Part shown: in pieces, positions 35,982 to 42,384 of the stretch
How positions within the stretch are numbered: the stretch's first letter is position 1
How the letters are laid out: every line of letters starts with the position of its first letter
Source: a virus
Taxonomy: Duplodnaviria > Caudoviricetes
Virus record (IMG/VR): IMGVR_UViG_3300017963_000032
Location: 15,465 to 79,464 of that record
Length of the DNA: 64,000 nt
Direction: 5' to 3' (one strand)
The notes under the pieces: model-generated
The model's database searches: none
The model's input: the letters and a program-made list of their open reading frames with translations, nothing else
Told to the model about the DNA's origin: nothing
Translations under genes and position numbers: made by a program

Positions 35982-36763
35982 AGGAGAAGATTAAAGGACT
36001 CTGCAAGCAGATAGAGAAAGAAAAAGGAATCAAGATACTATTTGCTGTAGAGAACGGAAGCAGAGCTTGGGGCATGGAGAGTGAAGACTCAGACTATGAC
36101 ATCAGGTTCGTCTATCACAGGGAAGTCAAGGACTATCTTTGCCTGAACCCAAGTGATGAAGTAATCAAAGCAAGCTTCGATAAGGAAGGAAACAAAGCTC
36201 CAGCTGAAGGATGTTTCTTTGATATTGTAGGATTCGATTTGTTCAAGTTCGCAAGGATGTTGAGCAGCTCTAACCCTCAAGTCATTGAATGGCTTTGCAC
36301 GGACATTGTTTACTTAGGAAAGCAGAACAAAGTGTTCCAAGAGTATGCAGAGAAGTGCTTCAAGCAAATCAGTTTGTACTATCATTACAAGAGCATGTGC
36401 AAGCAGAACTATTTGAAGTATTTAAAGTCAGGCAATCTAGTTACATACAAGAAGTATCTATATGCAATGCGAGGATTAATCAACGCAAGGTATGTAGCTA
36501 ACTTCAAAGTATTGCCGCCTATAAACTTCATTCAAACATTGGAGACTCTTGATAAATTACTTCCTTTGTATGTTGTTGAAAGGTTGAAACAGATTGTTGA
36601 GCTCAAGAAAGAAGGAAAAGAAAAGGACATCATAGAGAACGAGACCAAGATAGATAATTACATTGAGGAGTTCTTGAAGGATGACAGCGAAGCTCCAAAA
36701 GAGAAGAAGCTTTCAACACAGACAGAGCTCAATCAAGAAGTACAAAAAATATTGGGGGTGTAA
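35978..36763 (+). CDS. Pol-beta superfamily nucleotidyltransferase (YcgL/NrdC.11-like)
   Basis: ENGSRAWGM.S.DSDYDIRFVY, SSNPQVIEWL and KKYLYAMR. Confidence 0.85.
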   Translation: MKEKIKGLCKQIEKEKGIKILFAVENGSRAWGMESEDSDYDIRFVYHREVKDYLCLNPSDEVIKASFDKEGNKAPAEGCFFDIVGFDLFKFARMLSSSNPQVIEWLCTDIVYLGKQNKVFQEYAEKCFKQISLYYHYKSMCKQNYLKYLKSGNLVTYKKYLYAMRGLINARYVANFKVLPPINFIQTLETLDKLLPLYVVERLKQIVELKKEGKEKDIIENETKIDNYIEEFLKDDSEAPKEKKLSTQTELNQEVQKILGV

Positions 36764-36765
36764 GG

Positions 36766-37137
36766 ATGGTTGAAATATTGTTTAAACAATTCGTGATAGT
36801 GCCTAAGAGACCTAAGATGTCTCCCGGTAAGATTGCAAGCCAAGTAGCTCATGCAACATTCATGGCACTTGAGAATCAGAAGGAACTCAATAAGCATCAA
36901 ACAGATATTATAGACACTTGGAAACATAACGGGATGTGTGTCATAGTATTGCAATGCAAGAGCTCATCACAGTTGATGGGGATTGCTAAGTACTTGGACC
37001 AATGGAAGATTCCAAACCATCTTTACATTGATGAAGGGATGACAGAGGTTGAGATGGGAACTCCTACAGCTCTTGCAACAGGCGTACTTCCTTTAGATAA
37101 ACATTGGATGCTTGGTCAGTTGGAGTTGTTAAAATGA
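36766..37137 (+). CDS. pth2: peptidyl-tRNA hydrolase type 2
   Basis: KMSPGKIASQVAHA and IDEGMTEV..GTPT. Confidence 0.9.
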   Translation: MVEILFKQFVIVPKRPKMSPGKIASQVAHATFMALENQKELNKHQTDIIDTWKHNGMCVIVLQCKSSSQLMGIAKYLDQWKIPNHLYIDEGMTEVEMGTPTALATGVLPLDKHWMLGQLELLK

Positions 37138-37403
37138 TACTGGCAATAGACCCTGATGGGATAATCAGATTAATGTCGGACTGGAGTTTAAGATACAATA
37201 TAGGGTCTGACTGGACTATCATTAAACGATTTGAGATGCCAAAGATGGGCAGGAAAACTCACACTACAAAGCTTGATGAGTACATCCAAGTCCAAAGAGA
37301 AACCAAAGAGAAACTAGAGAAAGAGATTAAAGAGCGAGAGAAGAACATAAAGTTACTCGAAGCATTGAAACAGGAGGCAGAAAAACATGCAAAGAAAAAG
37401 TAG
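37134..37403 (+). CDS. coiled-coil hypothetical protein
   Basis: Coupled ORF. Confidence 0.5.
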   Translation: MILAIDPDGIIRLMSDWSLRYNIGSDWTIIKRFEMPKMGRKTHTTKLDEYIQVQRETKEKLEKEIKEREKNIKLLEALKQEAEKHAKKK

Positions 37404-37563
37404 AATATTCACAAACGCTGAGTTAGAAGTGATAGCTCAGAAAGAGGCAGGCAAGTACAAAGACACAAATGGCTTGTTTGCAGGTAGGATAAAACCTAAA
37501 GTCAAGGAGTTGCTCAAAGAATGGGTACCAAAAAAGAAAAAGCTGGAAAAGTTAATCAAGTAA
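37387..37563 (+). CDS. 58-aa basic protein
   Basis: Read manually: MQRKSRIFTNAELE...KELLKEW. Confidence 0.45.
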   Translation: MQRKSRIFTNAELEVIAQKEAGKYKDTNGLFAGRIKPKVKELLKEWVPKKKKLEKLIK

Positions 37564-37910
37564 TCTGGATGGCTCCCCTTGTTATTTTATCTTTATTCGG
37601 AGTGATTTTCCTAGGATTATTGATTCATGAAGCAACACACGTAGCTCAGAGCAAGGAGCCTATAAGTATATGTTATGATTTTCAACAAGCTACAATGGCT
37701 CATGTTTGGCATGATACTACAGCTTGGGCTTTAGAAAATAATCATACAAGAGCTGCAACTCTGGCCGAGTTTCATGACTGGCAGATATACACAGAGAAGT
37801 GGGCGTATAATATTCAAGGATTTTTATTGGCTATATTGCCATTCTTACTAGGAATAAGCACGACAATGTGCTGGAGGAAATACAATGAGCGGAAAAGAAA
37901 AGAAGATTGA
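37521..37910 (+). CDS. membrane protein with HExxH motif (M50-like)
   Basis: Two TM segments and LLIHEATH. True start probably near 37569. Confidence 0.55.
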   Translation: MGTKKEKAGKVNQVIWMAPLVILSLFGVIFLGLLIHEATHVAQSKEPISICYDFQQATMAHVWHDTTAWALENNHTRAATLAEFHDWQIYTEKWAYNIQGFLLAILPFLLGISTTMCWRKYNERKRKED

Positions 37911-38236
37911 GAAGGTCACAGTCAGGGAATTGATTCATATGCTACTTGATTACCCTAATGACTGGGAAGTTATTATAAGGAGCAAAGGAGGCAACAGGTT
38001 ATCCGGGGCCACAATCAATGTAAAAGAGCCAGAAGGATTAGCTTGTTTGTTTGGATAAAATGAGAGCGAGATTCCATAAGCAAAGTTGGAGGAGTCCAGC
38101 ATACAAGTATGAATTGTTTAAGATATTATTCCATAGACATTCTTACATCAGTCCAGATAAGATAGCTTATTCATTCGAGCTTGTGATATTTGGATATGAA
38201 TTGCACTTAGAGATACTCAGACCAAAACCAAAATAA

Positions 38237-38252
38237 CCAAAACATTTAAATA
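38237..38252 (+). promoter_or_regulatory. BRE/TATA promoter for tRNA array 2
   Basis: CCAAAACATTTAAATA. Confidence 0.55.
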
Positions 38253-38431
38253 TATGTAAGAGTTTCTCGCAAATTATGAGTACCGTAATTTGGAAAAGGG
38301 ATAGAGAACAGGGCATCGGGATAGTCGATGTGCCGTTTCAATATCATCAGTGATTCCAGAGCTGCGGTCAAGACCTTCTAAAATTTTATTCAACCCCTCG
38401 AATCGTTTTGTATCGCAGTTCTAATTTATAT

Positions 38432-38503
38432 GCCCCTATGGTGTAGCAGCAATCACACTCGATTTTCGGTCGAGTAACTTGGGTGCGAGTCCCAATGGGG
38501 GTG
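38432..38503 (+). tRNA. tRNA-Glu(TTC)
   Basis: CTCGA-TTTTCGG-TCGAG; atypical T loop TGCGAGT. Confidence 0.85.
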
Positions 38504-38507
38504 TTTC

Positions 38508-38581
38508 GGGCATGTGGTCTAATCTGGTAGGTCACTTGGCTTACATCCAAGAAGGTGCAGGTTCAAATCCTGTCATGCCCA
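38508..38581 (+). tRNA. tRNA-Val(TAC)
   Basis: Cloverleaf. Confidence 0.92.
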
Positions 38582-38582
38582 T

Positions 38583-38688
38583 CCAGCGCTGAGCGGAGAA
38601 GCAGGTTCGAGTCCTGTCAGCTTCAGATGAGTGCGCACATAAAATATCTGAAGATGTGGTGTATTGGGAGAGCATACCGCTTTATTGG
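38583..38688 (+). ncRNA. circularly permuted tRNA-like RNA
   Basis: Order is AGCGG, T arm (38601-38617), acceptor 3' strand, linker, acceptor 5' strand (38650-56), D arm, CCGCT (38677-81). Confidence 0.7.
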
Positions 38689-38758
38689 GGTATTGGTGTA
38701 ATGTGTAGCATCCGTGCCTTGGACGCACGAGACAGAGGTTCGATTCCTCTATGCCCCA
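38687..38758 (+). tRNA. tRNA-Pro(TGG)
   Basis: CGTGC-CTTGGAC-GCACG; G1-C72; A73. Confidence 0.82.
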
Positions 38759-38763
38759 TAAAT

Positions 38764-38834
38764 GCCTGTGTGATGTAATGGCAACATACATGCCTGTCCA
38801 GCATGAACCTCGGGTTCGATTCCCGACACGGGCG
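38764..38834 (+). tRNA. tRNA-Asp(GTC)
   Basis: Cloverleaf; G73. Confidence 0.92.
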
Positions 38835-38837
38835 TAC

Positions 38838-38948
38838 GGTGCTGTGGCGCAACTGGTGAGCGCATCCGGCTGATAAGGAGCGTGCAGAGCTTATATGCAC
38901 AGTTGCGAAGAGTCTGGAAGGCTAAGGGTTCAAGTCCCTTCAGCACCA
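38838..38948 (+). tRNA. tRNA-Ile(GAT) with anticodon-loop intron (about 38876-38912)
   Basis: TCCGG-CTGATA...CTGGA; relaxed BHB with tandem G.A pairs. Confidence 0.8.
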
Positions 38949-38953
38949 TTCAT

Positions 38954-39061
38954 AGGCGTGTAGTCTAACGGACAGGACTCTTGGCTTCTATGCAGTGCAT
39001 GGCTAGGAAGAAGTCATGTCGAAGAGACCAAGGAATCTGGGTTCAAATCCCGGCACGCCTA
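38954..39061 (+). tRNA. tRNA-Arg(TCT) with 37/38 intron (38991-39026)
   Basis: BHB central helix CTTC/GAAG. Confidence 0.88.
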
Positions 39062-39065
39062 TTAC

Positions 39066-39148
39066 GAGCAGGTCGCATAATCTGGTATTGCACTGGACTT
39101 TTAATCCAGAGCCATTAGGCATCGAGGGTTCAAATCCCTTCCTGCTCA
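39066..39148 (+). tRNA. tRNA-Lys(TTT) with long variable arm
   Basis: CTGGA-CTTTTAA-TCCAG followed by a GCC-ATTA-GGC arm. Confidence 0.82.
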
Positions 39149-39152
39149 TCAC

Positions 39153-39227
39153 AGCCCCGTAGTGTAGATAGGACAATCATCTTAGACTTTGAATCTAGGG
39201 ACGGCGGTTCGAATCCGCCCGGGGCTA
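39153..39227 (+). tRNA. tRNA-Gln(TTG)
   Basis: A1:U72 (archaeal type); cloverleaf. Confidence 0.9.
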
Positions 39228-39231
39228 TCAT

Positions 39232-39312
39232 GGTGCAGTTGGTGTAAGGGTTATCATAGCACGGAAGACTGTGACTCTTCAGGACCGGGTTCGAGTCCCG
39301 GATTGCACCCCA
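39232..39312 (+). tRNA. tRNA-His(GTG)
   Basis: Encoded G-1:C73 and CCA; enlarged D loop. Confidence 0.85.
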
Positions 39313-39313
39313 T

Positions 39314-39385
39314 GGGATTATAGCTTAACCGGGAGAGCACCTCGCTGAAGACGAGAAGGTCCGAGTTCAAATCTCGGTAATCCCA
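39314..39385 (+). tRNA. tRNA-Phe(GAA)
   Basis: Cloverleaf; CTGAAGA loop. Confidence 0.9.
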
Positions 39386-39387
39386 TT

Positions 39388-39451
39388 AAAAGAAGAGAAG
39401 AAGAAAAGGGTTCCCCCCGGACCCCCCTCCCAAAAGAAGAAGAGAAGAAAA
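39388..39451. repeat. perfect 20-nt homopurine mirror repeat around a C-tract spacer
   Basis: AAAAGAAGAGAAGAAGAAAA (39388-407) and its exact reverse (39432-451). Confidence 0.85.
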
Positions 39452-39949
39452 ATGGACTACGCAATTTTCAGAAAGACCCTGTCAAAGGAGGAGTTCTTTG
39501 GCAAGTGGACTAGGGATGATTTTGCTAGCGCAAGCGATGCAGACAAAGAGAAGGGATATAATGATTATGTTGTGAAGAGCATTGTATTTCAGAGGGATGG
39601 TTTTAAATGTCAGAATGTGAACTGCGAGCATCCACACAGTGGATTAACTCTTCACCATATAAAACATCAAAGGAACGGGGGAAAGACAACAGTAAGGAAC
39701 TGTATAACAATTTGTTTAAGATGTCATGAGTTGTTTAACAAGAAGGCCATAGGCCTAACGTTCGCTGACAGACCAGAGCTGCCAGCTCACGTAAGGAACA
39801 GGACTTTTAAGATTAACAAGGACAACAGTATTAATTGGAAACAAGTTAGAGCGGAAGGAAAGAAGATAAGAAAACAGAACAAAGAGCATCATGGTTATAG
39901 GATTAGCTGGGAGATGATGCTTAAACTAATCAGATTTTTGAAACTTTAA
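39452..39949 (+). CDS. HNH endonuclease
   Basis: VFQRDGFKCQ..C...LTLHHI...GG.T..RNCITICLRCH. Confidence 0.9.
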   Translation: MDYAIFRKTLSKEEFFGKWTRDDFASASDADKEKGYNDYVVKSIVFQRDGFKCQNVNCEHPHSGLTLHHIKHQRNGGKTTVRNCITICLRCHELFNKKAIGLTFADRPELPAHVRNRTFKINKDNSINWKQVRAEGKKIRKQNKEHHGYRISWEMMLKLIRFLKL

Positions 39950-39950
39950 T

Positions 39951-40023
39951 GCGTCCATATCCTAATCTGGCAGGGAACTCGGCTTCCACCCGAGGTATGC
40001 GGGTTCAAATCCCGCTGGGCGCA
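39951..40023 (+). tRNA. tRNA-Gly(TCC)
   Basis: Cloverleaf. Confidence 0.92.
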
Positions 40024-40027
40024 TCAA

Positions 40028-40098
40028 CTCCTCTTGGTGTAAGGGCTGCATAACTGGCTGTAACCCAGCAGGACTGAGTTCGACTCTCAGAGAGGAGA
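40028..40098 (+). tRNA. tRNA-Tyr(GTA), archaeal type
   Basis: C1:G72, short variable loop, A73. Confidence 0.9.
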
Positions 40099-40146
40099 TA
40101 CATTTAAATATGAGTGTACATTACTTGGTCTACACTCAATATTAAA

Positions 40147-40278
40147 GGGAGCGTAGTGTAACGGCACCACGTTGGACTCCAGATTCTAGGGTAGAGTTTA
40201 ACACCCTCCGCCCAAAGAATACCCCTCGGATAACAAAGGAGAAACCCAAAGATGCTGGTTCGAATCCGGCCGTTCCCA
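40147..40278 (+). tRNA. tRNA-Trp(CCA) with 37/38 intron (40183-40243)
   Basis: BHB central helix CTCC/GGAG; A31.C39 mismatch. Confidence 0.85.
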
Positions 40279-40342
40279 TTCTTGAATATCAATTAAATTA
40301 CAATCAAAACTCACATGATATTAGGGTTAACTAACGTAACAA

Positions 40343-40357
40343 CGAAAGATTTAAATA
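40343..40357 (+). promoter_or_regulatory. BRE/TATA promoter
   Basis: CGAAAGATTTAAATA. Confidence 0.6.
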
Positions 40358-40413
40358 TAACCAACACTTATTAAACTAAGGAAAGGTCAATTAGTAGTCG
40401 GCTGAACCCGCAA

Positions 40414-40932
40414 ATGCTAACCCGACCGTACACCAAAGATTCCCTAAAAGAAAGGAGGTACCTCCAAATGAGGCGGTTCGAGGCGGTTTTATTAAAGACA
40501 GACAAAGCTAACGCAGCAAACATCAAGTTCATGAGGCGAAGCCTAAAAGGCAAGCTTGACGATGTTCTATGGATTCATCATGGCAGAGGCTCTGTTGAAA
40601 ACCCAGCTAAAATCATTGGTGAAGCTAAAGCCAGACTCGAAGGAAACAATCTTATTCTTGCAGGAAAACTCAACAGCACTGAGATAACTAACAGGTTAGA
40701 AGAGCTAGACAAGATAACCTGTTTGCTTGACATTAACAAATCAATCAAAAGAGGAAAGGTTGAGATGGTAATTGACGCAGACTTCAAGGCTTTAATCATT
40801 GATGAAGAAAGCTTTGGAAACAAGAAGCGCCACCAAAAACTAGGGATTGGCATAACTAACATTGAAGATGTCGAAGGCCCAGAGATTGAATACAACAAAG
40901 ATAAGGGGGAAAAAACTCATGACACAGAATAA
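40414..40932 (+). CDS. hypothetical protein
   Basis: 172-aa ORF after the promoter. Confidence 0.6.
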   Translation: MLTRPYTKDSLKERRYLQMRRFEAVLLKTDKANAANIKFMRRSLKGKLDDVLWIHHGRGSVENPAKIIGEAKARLEGNNLILAGKLNSTEITNRLEELDKITCLLDINKSIKRGKVEMVIDADFKALIIDEESFGNKKRHQKLGIGITNIEDVEGPEIEYNKDKGEKTHDTE

Positions 40933-41248
40933 TGTTATTGGAGTAGATATAGCAAATGGAGAAGAGACAACTGTTTATGGACATTTAGAAGGTGACAAGT
41001 TAATAATCGACAAGATAGAAAGAAGACCAGTTGAAGAGAAAAAGACATTGAGTGATAATTTTGTTTTAATTCCTGCTGCTATGGTTGGGATAAGGCATCC
41101 CGGAGAAGAAGCAGTTTACAGAGAATATGACGTAAAGCATTACTTGAAAAAGTTCATTGAATTTACAGAAGAGATGACTCTTGGTGGATGGAACAAGACT
41201 GTTAGAGACAAAGCAAAAAGTATATTCGGGGAGAGAGTGATAGAATGA
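40919..41248 (+). CDS. hypothetical protein
   Basis: Coupled ORF. Confidence 0.5.
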   Translation: MTQNNVIGVDIANGEETTVYGHLEGDKLIIDKIERRPVEEKKTLSDNFVLIPAAMVGIRHPGEEAVYREYDVKHYLKKFIEFTEEMTLGGWNKTVRDKAKSIFGERVIE

Positions 41249-41529
41249 AAATAAACAAGTGGTTAACAATCAATAGAAACGGAGCTTGCAGGATAACAGC
41301 TAGCAAGCCCCGAATGGAGTGGGACGAGATAAGCGTACTGCTTAATATCAATTTGCCTGATGCATTATTCGAGCGACCAAGACTTGAAGCAAGCATTGAC
41401 ATCCCAGAGGAAGCAGTCAAGGCAGATATAATAAGCGCCGAAGTCTTAGACAATGTAAAAGATGTAGTCAAGAAAGCAACAGACTTAGAGCTGAACATAA
41501 ACGTAATCAAGGAGGATGAAGATGAGTGA
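41245..41529 (+). CDS. hypothetical protein
   Basis: Coupled ORF. Confidence 0.55.
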   Translation: MKINKWLTINRNGACRITASKPRMEWDEISVLLNINLPDALFERPRLEASIDIPEEAVKADIISAEVLDNVKDVVKKATDLELNINVIKEDEDE

Positions 41530-41836
41530 GATAATAATATCAGGACAAAGGCAGGCAGGAAAAACAGAAGTATTAGTCACATTAATTCTGGCAAATATTG
41601 GGGAAGAGATGCTAGTTATAACTCCAACTACACAACACCATGCAATAATAAGAAGCAGAATTTTGAGAAGATACCCTCAATTATCAGTTCTTGAATATAA
41701 TAAAATAAAATTCGCAACAGAGAAGAATTTGCAAACTGTAACTGTGGGTAGAGCATTCGATAAAGTTTTTATGGATGAAATAACCGAATACATTCCAGTA
41801 AAAGCCTCAATGATTTATAAAACGAGGTCAACTTAA
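41522..41836 (+). CDS. stand-alone mini P-loop domain resembling a terminase ATPase
   Basis: ISGQRQAGKT (Walker A), LVITPT and FDKVFMDE (Walker B) in about 104 aa. Confidence 0.6.
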   Translation: MSEIIISGQRQAGKTEVLVTLILANIGEEMLVITPTTQHHAIIRSRILRRYPQLSVLEYNKIKFATEKNLQTVTVGRAFDKVFMDEITEYIPVKASMIYKTRST

Positions 41837-41838
41837 AT

Positions 41839-42384
41839 ATGGCAACACCAGCATTCGAGAAGAGCAAGAACAAGAAGAGGATATTCGAACTACTTGGCAA
41901 AGTCAACAGGAAAGACTTCACCTTCAAGAAATGCAGGATTACAATAAAGAAAGAACTCGGAGAAGATTACAACGAGAAAACTCTTCAGTACTGGAGAAGC
42001 AAGTTCTTAACACCAGAGCAAAGACTCCCACCTAAAGTAGCACAGGTAAGGATGAAAAAGCTCGATGAAACAGTGGATGTTTACAAAGAGAGCATAAGAT
42101 TATTTAACATGCAGAAAGCACGAGTTGAAAAAGAAGTAGAAGCAGAAAATCAATGTCAAAGACTCCTACCATCCGTGAGGGAAGAAATCAAGGTTGCAGG
42201 AGTCCTTCTTGAGGGTATCAAGAACCTAGAGTTTGAGCTTGGAATAAAAGAGAAGAAAACCAACAACGGAGTTGCTGGAGACCTCAATTATTACATCCTC
42301 GACACTATGGAAAAAGTAAAGGCCGCCAAAAAGGAAATAGATGCAGAAGACAAAAAACTTGGAAGTCGAACCCGAATTAGTTGA
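41839..42384 (+). CDS. putative terminase small subunit
   Basis: Directly upstream of and overlapping TerL; helical with an N-terminal HTH-like region. Confidence 0.55.
   Translation: MATPAFEKSKNKKRIFELLGKVNRKDFTFKKCRITIKKELGEDYNEKTLQYWRSKFLTPEQRLPPKVAQVRMKKLDETVDVYKESIRLFNMQKARVEKEVEAENQCQRLLPSVREEIKVAGVLLEGIKNLEFELGIKEKKTNNGVAGDLNYYILDTMEKVKAAKKEIDAEDKKLGSRTRIS

Noticed and set aside
38687-38758. tRNA-Gln(TTG)
   Set aside because: The 5-bp stem fixes a 7-nt loop with TGG centred, and a separate archaeal-type Gln exists at 39153.
40183-40243. Box C/D guide RNA in the tRNA-Trp intron, as in euryarchaea
   Set aside because: No RUGAUGA or CUGA boxes in the 61-nt intron.
40414-40932. Second prohead protease
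   Set aside because: There is a faint LWIHH...IIG...LILAGKL resemblance but no recognisable catalytic Ser motif, and a clear protease exists at 57933. HHpred would settle it.
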